Shown one piece after another: positions 10,391 through 20,647 of a stretch of DNA of 64,000 nt. The first letter of the stretch is position 1. Every line of letters begins with the position of its first letter. Made by a program: the position numbers and the translations under genes. The notes under the pieces were generated by a model. The model saw only the letters and a list, made by a program, of their open reading frames with translations. It did not search any database and was not told where the DNA came from. This stretch comes from Epithemia pelagica. Lineage: Eukaryota > Protista > Bacillariophyta. Location: contig OX337241.1 of NCBI GenBank assembly GCA_946965045.2, positions 1,116,001 to 1,180,000 on the forward strand, given 5' to 3'.

Positions 10391-12623
10391 ATGGTCCTGA
10401 CAATCCTTTCGGCGACATGGACCAGCGCTGAAAGTGCTGTGGCATTGTCACACGTTACAACAATCTTGGAATCTGCAATGTGCGTGTCGTTGTTCCTGCT
10501 GTGGCTGCCCTGGGCGCACAAGATAGCCTGGTTCTACTACCGCATGGTGGTGGATTCCTATCTCTTTTCCTTTCGAACCGTGTCCGAGGTAGCGGATCGA
10601 GCCTGTCAGGAAGAAACAAGCAATCAGCCCGTCATTCGATTCCCCTATGGACAACGAACGATTGTGTTTTCGAACAAGGACGACGTCGCTTACATTCTTT
10701 CCAATCCCAAGGTGAACAAAAACTACCGAACACGATTTGCCACAGACTTTGGACTCAACATGTTGGGAATGAACAAATCTGGCTTGATCTGGAACAATGA
10801 TTTGGGATCATGGCAAAGCGTCCGCCGGTGCTTTGATCATACCTTGAGTACCAGCACTCTCAACAGGCTCCAGAGCTTTGTCCAAGATCAATTTCCAAAG
10901 ATACTCGATAAAATGCCTCGCGACGAGAATGGAGGGACCATTGACATGTTGGATGCGCTTCGATGGATGACCCTCAACATCACTCTCGATATGATGCTCG
11001 GCTTGCCTGTTGTGGATGAGTGGAACAAGGCTCAAGGAATTCTTGAAGCTATCGTTACCTTTTTCAAAGCCTGGGAGTTCTTTTTGGTTCGTCCATATCT
11101 TGTGTCCGTGCTTCGACCCGGATACCAAAAGCATGCCATGGCAAGGTAGGTTGCTTCTGGACCACGATCATGAGGTCAGCAGACAAGCTGACTCACAACT
11201 ATTTGTTGATTGACCTGTCGTCGGGTTTTCATTCTTGTACAGTCGCCGATTGCATGAGATTAGTGAAGGCTTGTTGTCGGATTACGAAAGACAACGCGAG
11301 CAACATCCCGAGAAAAAGTCACCCTTGTTGGACAAGGCCATGGAAAATACAGAACTTGCTCGAAGCGATCTCGTGCAATTGGTACTGGAATCCTTGTTGG
11401 CTGGAGTGGACACTTCCTCGGTATCGCTGTTTTACACGTTGAGTTTTTTGTCGCAAACCGAGAATCGCGATTTGCTTCGGCAGGCGGTGGAGGAGGTTGA
11501 CACCTTTGTCCACCAAGGCGACAAGATTAAAGCCATGTCCTTGCCGTTCATCCGAGCATGTATCAAGGAAGCCATGAGACTCAAACCTGTCGGACCCATT
11601 ATAATGCGCAAGGCAGCCCAACAGGACAACGTAGGCACCACTATCATCCAGCCCGGCGATTCGATTATTCTGAACCTGGCCCAAATGAATCTCAAGGGTG
11701 TGGATACCACATACGACCCGACTCGGTTCTTGAATGAGGAGGGCCAGCATACACCCGACGCCCAGTTACCCTTTGGATACTTTCCATTTGGCGATGGTCC
11801 CAAAGGATGTGTCGGGAAACACTTTGCCATGTGGGAAATGCAAGCCATGATGCTCGTGCTCTTGTCCCAGTACAGGGTTGATAAAGCAACGTGTTCGGCT
11901 CCGACCAGTGCCATGGTGACGCATTGGGATATTGCGAACCAACCACAATGCAAGGAGGATTCCCAAATGTCCATTGCTCGTCGAAACAACGTGTTTTTGA
12001 TTGGTCCTTCCAGCACTGGGAAAACGACCTTGCTCGAACAACTGCGCAAACAATGGGGGAATACTTCGGCCATTCACTTTCATGAAGAAACGGCACGGCA
12101 GGTATTGAACCAAAAGGGCCTAACGGGTCGTGATTTGATCCAGAATAAAGTGCTTCACATGGAATTACAGCAAGAATTGTTGCAGATGGAATATGCATCG
12201 TTGGAAGACAAGGCACGTCCTGGTACTTTTCACATTTCCGATCGATCGGTGATTGACGCCTTGGTGTATACCAAAGCGCATGGGACGCCCGTAGATGTCG
12301 AGACCTTTAGGAATATGCCCACCTTTCAAGCCTGTGTAGACCTGTATCGCCAGAATTCGTACATGATCCTCTTTCCAGTCCATACCGTGTTGCACGACGA
12401 CGGTATGCGTATCTTGGGCACTCGACAAGAAGAGGAAACATTTTTTGACCTCTTTGAAACAACCTTGCAAGAGCTCCACATTCCCTACCTGGTCCTGGAC
12501 AAGAACTGGGATACGCGTTGTGAGGACGTCTTGCGTCACATTTCATCTTGGTTGGATCATGGCACGAAACATGTGGAAGACGAACTGGCAACCAGGACGA
12601 CCAAGCCTGAAAGCAAGGAATAA
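10391..12623 (+). CDS. Cytochrome P450 (aromatase/CYP19-like) fused to a C-terminal AAA_28 P-loop domain; join(10391..11145,11243..12623), 711 aa
   Basis: A 97-nt GT..AG intron (11146-11242, CTGAC branch-like site) keeps the frame. P450 motifs: WxxxR (WQSVR), I-helix LAGVDTS, ExxR (EAMR), heme loop PFGDGPKGCVG. The same ORF continues into VFLIGPSSTGKT (12003-12026), ISDRSVIDALVY and DDGMR. Confidence 0.92.
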
Positions 12624-13480
12624 TCAGAGCCACCCAATCTCGAATCCAACCATGTCGCCACGTAAAAAACGGAGAGAAGCATGGCATTTCACCAAGCGAC
12701 CAAGCAAAAAATGATTGTTGTACCCTCCATAAATGCGTAGAAATTGTCTGTCCCTCATTTATTATGAGATCGAGTGAAAGGAGAGCGTTCGAATCCTGTC
12801 TGTTTCCTGAAAGAGTAGGAGATCCTCTTTCCAACAGATATTCTTCTATGGGAGCGCATACCACCTGGATGCGCTCATCTCTCTCCTGAATCTCAACGCG
12901 CGTTTTCGATGTTCCCTAGCGTGTCATCACATTCTGTCATTGTGCGTGAGCGTGTGTGGTGGATTTTCACCCACAGTGGTGGAACGCCACAACAACAATG
13001 TCTTGCGGACTGCTGGATAGATCGATGGATAACGCGCATCGTTGCTGCTACCTCGGCACGAGACACAAACTGCCACAACAGTGGTCTTGAAGTTCTCTCG
13101 CCGACTGTCGTCACCTTTTACCCGATCAGGACACAACACAGAGGCACCCTTTTCAAAGAACATAAACATACCACAGACGTGTCATGGTTGCCATGGTTCA
13201 TGACACTGCTGCGGCGGAGGCGGTGGGGCATAACCGTTACAACGGCGACTCAAAGACTTTGGACGCACCTGGGTCGCTCGAAACCAATGACGACAAAAAG
13301 GCCGCCGTTTGACAGTTGATGATCGACATGTCGGAGCGTGACAATCGACAGCAGTGATACAATAAACAATAACAACAACAATCAAATCGAATAGAATCGA
13401 CCCAACCACACAGCAAAAGACGAAGGACAGAAAGGAGAGATATATCGCCAACCAAAGTTATTCCAAACAACCAGAAGAGA

Positions 13481-15208
13481 ATGTCGATAGAAAGAAGGAC
13501 GAGGAGACGAACGAGCAGGGCAATGAGTGGTGGTTCCTGGCTGGTGTTTGTGACATGCTTGGTATCGTCGTGGACGTTGTCCAAGGGCGACATGGCTTCT
13601 GGGTCGTCGTCGTCGACACTGTTGGGAGTGGATGTGAAGGTGACTGCCGAAGCATCCTTGTTATCGTCCTCAGACGCCACGCAACAACAACAACAACAAA
13701 CGAAGGTGGAAGATCCCATGTTGCATCAACATCATCTTCACGATCCCGAAATTGGTGCCAATTTGGACCCTCATCCCGATCCGAATTTGGAAGACTACCA
13801 CGACATGGCCTACATTGGTCGATGGCATCACGAAAGTGGTCATCGAGTTGGATTCGATCAAGACAATGCCTGGCGTTACATTATGGGTACCTCGTTGCAT
13901 CACAATGAATCGCACGTGTCCAACATTCCCGAACACGATTTGCATCATCATGCCGATTACGATGCCTACGGTAACGTGATTCGATTCCATCATCCCGATT
14001 TTCATCATCCCACCAAAACACGAGAACAAGTCTTGCAGGAACGTCGGCATGGCACAGTATCCGCCGATGGCAAACCGAAACGATACGGCCATGTCGATAC
14101 CAATGTCTTGGATGGAGGTGTCACACCACCCAAGGTGGTGGATGTGGACCCCGTCTTTTTGGATGTGGCACCTGTCACCAATAAGGAATTTGCCAAATTT
14201 GTACGATCCACCTATTACGAAACCGAGGCGGAAAAATATGGCTGGTCCTTTGTTTTGCGCACCTTTTTGCCCAATGGCCAAGTTTTGGAGGACAGTGAAG
14301 TCGATCCCGAAGCCGAGCATTGGGTGGCTGTGGAAGGCGCCTATTGGCGACAACCAGAAGGACCGGGATCGTCCTACAAATATCGAGAACATCATCCCGT
14401 CGTTCATGTCAGTCATTTGGATGCGTCCGAATATTGTACCTGGAAAGGCAAGCGATTGCCGGGAGAACGAGAATACGAAGCCGCGGCGCGAGCCACCTAC
14501 TTTGGACCCACCAATCGGACCGTCTATGGATGGTCCCCGAATTCTTCAAACAAGAACAACAAGAATGAATCCGACTGGACCACGGCTTCGCAATCTGCCA
14601 ATTTGTGGGGTTCCTTGCCATTTCCCTACGAAAATGATGCTCAGGATGGTTGGCGGGGCACTTCCCCGGTCAAGACGTATCCACCCAATGAATGGGGGTT
14701 TTACGACATGACGGGCAATGTTTGGGAATGGATGCGAGGCGGCAAACACAAGAGTCGCATTGTTCGAGGGGCCTCGTACATTGATACGATCCTGCCCGAG
14801 AGTGTCGACGATAGCACGACTACTAGTGATCCAGAACAAGAAGAACTCAAGGCACACATTCCTCATCAACACGTGGCCACCTTGGGTGCCCGTGCCACGT
14901 TGCATGGTACCACCACGACGGGCAATGTTGGATTTCGATGTGCCAAGGCACCCAAACGTCGCACCGAATACCACTATGTCTGGCACGATCCCAGTGAAGG
15001 TGGTCCGGCCTTGGCCATCGAAGATCAATTTGGCAAACGCGATCAAATCAAACAACGAGGATGGGAAGATCAATTTGTCGTACATGACGACGACAACGAC
15101 GAGAATGACGCGGAAAATGATGATGATGAATTGGACGACGAGGATGCTCCACGTCGCGTCAAGAAAAAGGTGGTCAAACGTCGGCATCGATATTCCGATG
15201 AACTGTGA
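13481..15208 (+). CDS. Formylglycine-generating-enzyme family protein lacking the catalytic cysteines (SUMF2/pFGE-like), ER-resident
   Basis: VTNKEFAKFV, HPVVHVS, YCTWKGKRLP, YDMTGNVWEW, RGASYID, NVGFRCA. Has a signal-peptide-like N-terminus and ends in SDEL. Confidence 0.85.
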   Translation: MSIERRTRRRTSRAMSGGSWLVFVTCLVSSWTLSKGDMASGSSSSTLLGVDVKVTAEASLLSSSDATQQQQQQTKVEDPMLHQHHLHDPEIGANLDPHPDPNLEDYHDMAYIGRWHHESGHRVGFDQDNAWRYIMGTSLHHNESHVSNIPEHDLHHHADYDAYGNVIRFHHPDFHHPTKTREQVLQERRHGTVSADGKPKRYGHVDTNVLDGGVTPPKVVDVDPVFLDVAPVTNKEFAKFVRSTYYETEAEKYGWSFVLRTFLPNGQVLEDSEVDPEAEHWVAVEGAYWRQPEGPGSSYKYREHHPVVHVSHLDASEYCTWKGKRLPGEREYEAAARATYFGPTNRTVYGWSPNSSNKNNKNESDWTTASQSANLWGSLPFPYENDAQDGWRGTSPVKTYPPNEWGFYDMTGNVWEWMRGGKHKSRIVRGASYIDTILPESVDDSTTTSDPEQEELKAHIPHQHVATLGARATLHGTTTTGNVGFRCAKAPKRRTEYHYVWHDPSEGGPALAIEDQFGKRDQIKQRGWEDQFVVHDDDNDENDAENDDDELDDEDAPRRVKKKVVKRRHRYSDEL

Positions 15209-15528
15209 GCTCAAAGCCGTCATGTAATGATGTTCAATCGTATGACCCACCACACACAACCCGTACAATGATACCCTATGGCGGCAAAGAGAACAGGTAG
15301 TTACTAGGAAATAGCACAAACTCTTTTAGTTATTAGTTGTCAAAGGTAGTCCATCCCTAACGGTTAGAAAGGCGCCATGGCATGAAAGAATCGGAGTAGT
15401 ACGTAGTAGGACTTGCTTCCCATGGATGAGTGCAGTCTAGAGTCGGTATTCATTCTCTGTTAGAGAGAAGCAACCCATTTTGTTGCTGTTGTCGGTTGTC
15501 GTCGTCCTCATGCGTCTCTTATGGATTA

Positions 15529-16731
15529 TCATTTTGTTTCCGTTGGCGCCACCAAATAGTCCTCAACAAGGGATTCCGTAAACTCCCAAAGCGCCTTTTG
15601 ATGATCTAGATTGAGTGCGTCGGGGTTGGTAACGGCCTGGCCTTGAGGATGATAATACTTTCCTCGAATGTCATGCGTTTGCAGGTATTCCAAATGCGTT
15701 CCCAAAAACAGTCCAGTCAAGGTCCCCTCGTCCACCGACCACATAATGTCCTTCCGAAACCATTGCAGCCAATCCAATGCCCATTGCGGCGGATCATCCA
15801 TAAATTGATCCAGGACCCTGTTCCAAATCCACGTGTCGACCATTCCGGGATGAAAGGAATTGACAAACAAGTGATTCGAATGCAAACTCTTCAACCGTCG
15901 TGTCAGTTCTTGGGTCCACAAAATTTGAGCCAATTTGGTTTGACCATAGGACAAATTCCAACAGGGGAATCCCCAGGTCGATTCCGAACAACCATTCAAT
16001 GTTTTCAAATCAGTGGCGACCTTGTAACTATAGGTTCGAAACGAGTGGGCCGACGAGGTGGAGACAATCCGAGCCATGGGATGGTGGAGGATTGGTTCCA
16101 ACAATCGGTACAACAAATGATGACCCACATAGTTGGTGGCAAAGATATACTCAATGCCATCCTCATTCACTGGAACACACGACTTGAGGGGATCGAGAAA
16201 GAGGGTTCCGGCATTCAAAAATAACATGTCCAAGCTCTTGTTTTGATGGTTCATGGTTGCGACAAATTGGAGGGCAGCTTGTTGGACGGATTGAAGGGAC
16301 GACGTATCCATAATAAGGGTGTTCAACTCCACCTCATCCTTGTTGGGAACATCTTGACGTATTTGCTGAATGGCATTCTGACATTTCTGTGCATTGCGAC
16401 AGGCCAAGGTCACGGAGGAGGCACCCAAGCGCGTCAGTCCCTTGACCAGAGAATATCCAATACCAGAATTGGCACCCGTCACCAAAGCATGTTGACCTTT
16501 GAGGTTGACGTGTTGCTCCAGCATTTCGTAGGTAAATTTCCATTCCTCTCCATATGAGTGAGCCGGTGTCAAGCCGACACAGGCAGGATAACTCACATGG
16601 TTGGCCTGCCACCGATACCAACCCCACACTTTGGGATAAGGCGTCAACAAGAAGAAACCCAACAAGACCGAGACAACCGCCACCGCCAACGAAACTAGGG
16701 AACTGCATTTCATGGATAATGGTTGTTGCAA
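15529..16731 (-). CDS. Short-chain dehydrogenase/reductase (RDH/WWOX-like) with N-terminal membrane anchor
   Basis: ALVTGANSGIG, LNAG and catalytic YGQTK (YxxxK) motifs; HPGMVDT. Confidence 0.9.
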   Translation of the reverse strand: MQQPLSMKCSSLVSLAVAVVSVLLGFFLLTPYPKVWGWYRWQANHVSYPACVGLTPAHSYGEEWKFTYEMLEQHVNLKGQHALVTGANSGIGYSLVKGLTRLGASSVTLACRNAQKCQNAIQQIRQDVPNKDEVELNTLIMDTSSLQSVQQAALQFVATMNHQNKSLDMLFLNAGTLFLDPLKSCVPVNEDGIEYIFATNYVGHHLLYRLLEPILHHPMARIVSTSSAHSFRTYSYKVATDLKTLNGCSESTWGFPCWNLSYGQTKLAQILWTQELTRRLKSLHSNHLFVNSFHPGMVDTWIWNRVLDQFMDDPPQWALDWLQWFRKDIMWSVDEGTLTGLFLGTHLEYLQTHDIRGKYYHPQGQAVTNPDALNLDHQKALWEFTESLVEDYLVAPTETK

Positions 16732-17008
16732 TGAATGGATTATGGAAACAGTTTCTCTTGATCATACACTGGAACTCTGTTTTGATGAGAGATTGGTGGT
16801 GGTGAACGTAAAAGATGAGTAAGTCATTTCTCGGCATCTCGGTTTGAAATGACGTCATCGGTCGCATATAGAACGCGTTATGCCATACACACAAAAACTC
16901 AAAGAAAACACACGTCTCTTCAAGTTTGAAAAAAGGTTTGGGTGCACGACTGCAGAAATCGCAATTCATGTCACAAAAAATTGCAATCTCCATTGCAAGA
17001 AGAACAAC

Positions 17009-19882
17009 ATGAACAAAATCAGAATGAAGATTGTGAATCTCGTCGATAACACTGGTTCCATGGGTGAGGCCACCCGAAGTGTCACAAAGTCAGCTCAAGA
17101 AATGAGAACCATGACCAAGCTCTTGCTGGGGGAGCCGTCCTTTATCACAGCCGTGTATGGCGACTACGATGCAAATACGCCAGATCGTGACTGTGGTGGG
17201 TTTTCCATTCTTTCCGAATCTGCCCCTCCCCCAACACAGACAAGTTGGTACAACAAATACATGCGTCCAATGGGTGGAGGAGGTTGGCCGGAGGCTCAAA
17301 AGACGGCGTTTAATCACATTTTGAGACGTTGGAAGAATGAACGTTGTATTATCTTTCATGTGACCGATGCTCCTCCACATTTACCGTCCAACAAAGATAG
17401 GGAAGGGGATCTCGAAGAAGAGTATTTGAAGAAGAATTCCATGGAAAACGATTGGGATCGTCTCTGTGAAATGGTCCAGGACAATCACCGAGTCGTGACC
17501 TTTCTGACGCATCGAAAAGCGGAACTGGTCGATATTTACTCCAAGCTCGGAGACGTCGTTGTGCTTCAAAAGAATACCTCTACTGAGATCACGGCAACCA
17601 TGATGAAAGTATTGTCGGCTCTGATTGGACAGGGAAGCGACAATTCTGTAAAGTACACTCGGCGTTCACCCTCTGGAGCTGATACCGAAGAACACTATAC
17701 TATCAATGTGGAAGTCCCTGTGCGCCTTGATACAGGCTTGAAATCTGCCAACCCAGTGGATGTCATCCAGGCCTTTGATGAGCTACTTGATCCGTCTCAT
17801 CCGGACCAGGCGCTTTGTTTGGCGACAAATGATATCTTGGGCAAGTACTGGCGGCTAGTATGTGGAAGGTATCAATTCATGCACGACGGAAAATACCGTG
17901 ACGTTGCCCAGAGAGTAATGAACAAATTGTCTCATAGTGTGTCCAAAATGATGAAGACGGATCAGGAAACATTGAAGAAGTGGATAGATGAGAGCCACGA
18001 TAATACGGACATGATCCGTGAGTTGGTCCAGAATGCTCTACCAGAATGTTCCACGGTTCTTGTTCTACGGGGTGATCCCCAGATTACCCTGGATGACTTG
18101 TTGGCGCTCGGCCGGGGCGGCGGAAACTATGGGGAACTCTCCAAGCTGATTGCAACAGTGGAGGAAATTCCGGTCGACCAAGTGTCTTTCCCAGAAGACG
18201 AGCAGACAGCCCCAGCGTTTGTGCCCCTGCAAGGTACATCTAAGTTGGCAACAGTTTTCCGATTAATTGCCAATCTGCTCGTTCCAGGTGTAGTGTTTTC
18301 TCCCGAAACAGCGATGCTAGCTGCGGTGCTTTCCTTGAACAACCACCATCTCGGGGACCTGGCACGACAGCTCTTGGAGAAACGAAAGGGAAAATGGATC
18401 GACCTGACGTTGGATGAAAACGGTGTCCCCAAAAGTCCGACGAACTTTGCGCTCAACTTTGTGCGGATTCTTCAGATTCTTCCCAACGACCTACTTACGG
18501 TCGAAGAAGTGGAATACCGTGACCATTATTTGAAGGTGGAACGTTTGGTTCGTAACCATGATGCAACGATGACGATCCAAACTGGGATCGTGCGTCCCAA
18601 ACCTCGCATGGCTCCAACGTGGAAACGCCGCTGTAATGAAAGGCATGGAGGCTGTGGACAGTATCGATGCTTCACAATCTTTCCAGGGGACTCCAAGATC
18701 TGCGGTAAATGCCTGTCCAAAAATGAGTTTCGAGCCGAAGCTGTACATGACCAAACCAACTGGGTACAATGTCGGTCCTGCCAAGTCAACTATGGAGTCA
18801 CGGCCATTGATTTGTTGAATGTTCAGCCCAAATGTCACTATTGCCGAAACCAGTCACAGTGTCCCTCAGTGGAATGCTATTTGTGCATGCATCGATTTAT
18901 CGATGATGGCAATGCTGCTGGACAAGCAATGGAAAACGCCCTCAAGAGCGCTGACGAAACATCCGTCGAAGGACAGCGCTTGAAGGCGGCCAAGGACGCT
19001 GGTTGCTTTATTTGTCCAGGGTGTGTCCACAATCCCACCTCCATGACGCAGACAACAGAGGTGAGACTGGCAGAAATGATCAAGGAGAACTCTGTATTGA
19101 AGAAAGTCATCCCGGTCTCAGAGTATGGTACCATGATGAACTCGAGCGTGAAATTGTGGAAGAGGGTCCTTCAAGTGAAACCGGCGGAGGGCGAACAGAT
19201 TGATCCTTTTGTTAAACTCTTCTGGAAAGGATTCACCATCCATGAAACAAGCAAAGTTGTGCAAACGTTTTCTTCGATAATGCTTCACAGCAAGGCCGCA
19301 ATGGTTCCGTGTCCGATGTGTGTCGAGGACACCCCGCTCCGCTGTATGGTCGACGCTTGCGGAAATTGCAACCATCGAATTTGTGAAGGATGCGTCAAGA
19401 GCTGGTATGGCCAAATCGTGGCGGGAAGTATTGCCTCACAGAGTCAAACCGCGTGCCCATTTTGCAAGATGCCACCAAAATTTCACACCATTCGTAACCT
19501 GGCCCAAGCTCACATCCGAAACATTCGTCCCTCCAAGGACAATAAGAGAGTACTTTGTGCGTGGGACCCCGGTATGTGGCATGCCGTCTGTATGCGGTGT
19601 TTGAAGGTTGCGCCAGCTGTTGAAAAGGTATGCTCGGCGGAAGCACCGACCATGCGAGGCTTTGTATGCCAAGACTGCCAGAAAGACTATCAGGGACAAG
19701 TCAAGCCTTGCCCTAGATGTGGTATTGATGTGGAAAAGAATGGTGGTTGCAACCACATGAGTTGCCCCAAGTGCAAAGATCACTGGTGTTGGTCTTGTGG
19801 AAAGGGCGGGTTTGACGGACACTCCATCTATGATCACATGTCGAATTGTAAAGGTATCTTCCCGGACGACATAGATGAGTAG
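17009..19882 (+). CDS. vWA-domain, multi-zinc-finger protein with C-terminal RBR-type E3 ligase module
   Basis: N-terminal LVDNTGSMG / YGDY / PEA / TDAPPH. RING1 [21 protein letters not shown]2 [23 protein letters not shown]. First plausible ATG is 17009 (frame open from 16880). Confidence 0.75.
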   Translation: MNKIRMKIVNLVDNTGSMGEATRSVTKSAQEMRTMTKLLLGEPSFITAVYGDYDANTPDRDCGGFSILSESAPPPTQTSWYNKYMRPMGGGGWPEAQKTAFNHILRRWKNERCIIFHVTDAPPHLPSNKDREGDLEEEYLKKNSMENDWDRLCEMVQDNHRVVTFLTHRKAELVDIYSKLGDVVVLQKNTSTEITATMMKVLSALIGQGSDNSVKYTRRSPSGADTEEHYTINVEVPVRLDTGLKSANPVDVIQAFDELLDPSHPDQALCLATNDILGKYWRLVCGRYQFMHDGKYRDVAQRVMNKLSHSVSKMMKTDQETLKKWIDESHDNTDMIRELVQNALPECSTVLVLRGDPQITLDDLLALGRGGGNYGELSKLIATVEEIPVDQVSFPEDEQTAPAFVPLQGTSKLATVFRLIANLLVPGVVFSPETAMLAAVLSLNNHHLGDLARQLLEKRKGKWIDLTLDENGVPKSPTNFALNFVRILQILPNDLLTVEEVEYRDHYLKVERLVRNHDATMTIQTGIVRPKPRMAPTWKRRCNERHGGCGQYRCFTIFPGDSKICGKCLSKNEFRAEAVHDQTNWVQCRSCQVNYGVTAIDLLNVQPKCHYCRNQSQCPSVECYLCMHRFIDDGNAAGQAMENALKSADETSVEGQRLKAAKDAGCFICPGCVHNPTSMTQTTEVRLAEMIKENSVLKKVIPVSEYGTMMNSSVKLWKRVLQVKPAEGEQIDPFVKLFWKGFTIHETSKVVQTFSSIMLHSKAAMVPCPMCVEDTPLRCMVDACGNCNHRICEGCVKSWYGQIVAGSIASQSQTACPFCKMPPKFHTIRNLAQAHIRNIRPSKDNKRVLCAWDPGMWHAVCMRCLKVAPAVEKVCSAEAPTMRGFVCQDCQKDYQGQVKPCPRCGIDVEKNGGCNHMSCPKCKDHWCWSCGKGGFDGHSIYDHMSNCKGIFPDDIDE

Positions 19883-20647
19883 AACAAACTGGCCCCAAAT
19901 ACCATGCATTGTGCATATGTTCTTGTGACAGATTTGTTGAAAATGTTTAACAATAAGTGAACTCCATCGTATAATATTCTTCTGCTACTAGATGCACATG
20001 AAGAAAGAATGATCTGACCTACCAACGAGGTCACCAGTCATACTATTCCAAGGTTCCGGTTCGACACAGAGCGAGAATCCACCAATGGTTTTCAGTCCAC
20101 AGCCACGAAGACAGACAGCAAAGCTATACAGCTCGCGGTTCATGAACTTGTTTTCTTCTTTCTAACGAGTACAGCCCCATCTCTTTTAGCATTCAAGTGT
20201 CCATGACCATCTTGTGGTGCGGGTGCCCTTCGTTATTGTACTAAAGAGAACGCTGAGATGCAAAGCCGCTTGGCTGTAGTTCATTCCATCTCATTTTGCG
20301 AGGAGGTTGGTGATTCGTCACCCCAACCATCGTCCTCCTCGACCCATGAGGATGCGTCGCCGGATGAATCTGTAATCATGGCGGTGATAGTTGGCGCTGT
20401 ACTTTCAGTACTCATGGAGAGTTCAATCACGGCATGACAAGCATGCGTTTCCCAATGCAACGCTGTTTGGATTGGGGCGATACCAATTTTTCGACCCATT
20501 TCACGAAACAACAAACTCGTCTTGGCAATGTGCACTGTGGTGGCACACGAGTTGGTTGGAACGTTGGATTCACACACACAAACATCCAAACCACAAAAGG
20601 GTGAGCCAACGAGTCACACAAACATACCAGAACACGTTTGCGACAAA

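Noticed and set aside
12740-12815. tRNA gene suggested by GTTCGAATCC
   Set aside because: No T-stem pairing, A box or cloverleaf could be built.
308-19882. Domoic-acid (dab) cluster or a bacterial contaminant
   Set aside because: No alpha-ketoglutarate dioxygenase or DabB-like gene was seen. The P450 has a spliceosomal intron and the block is contiguous with diatom-type genes.
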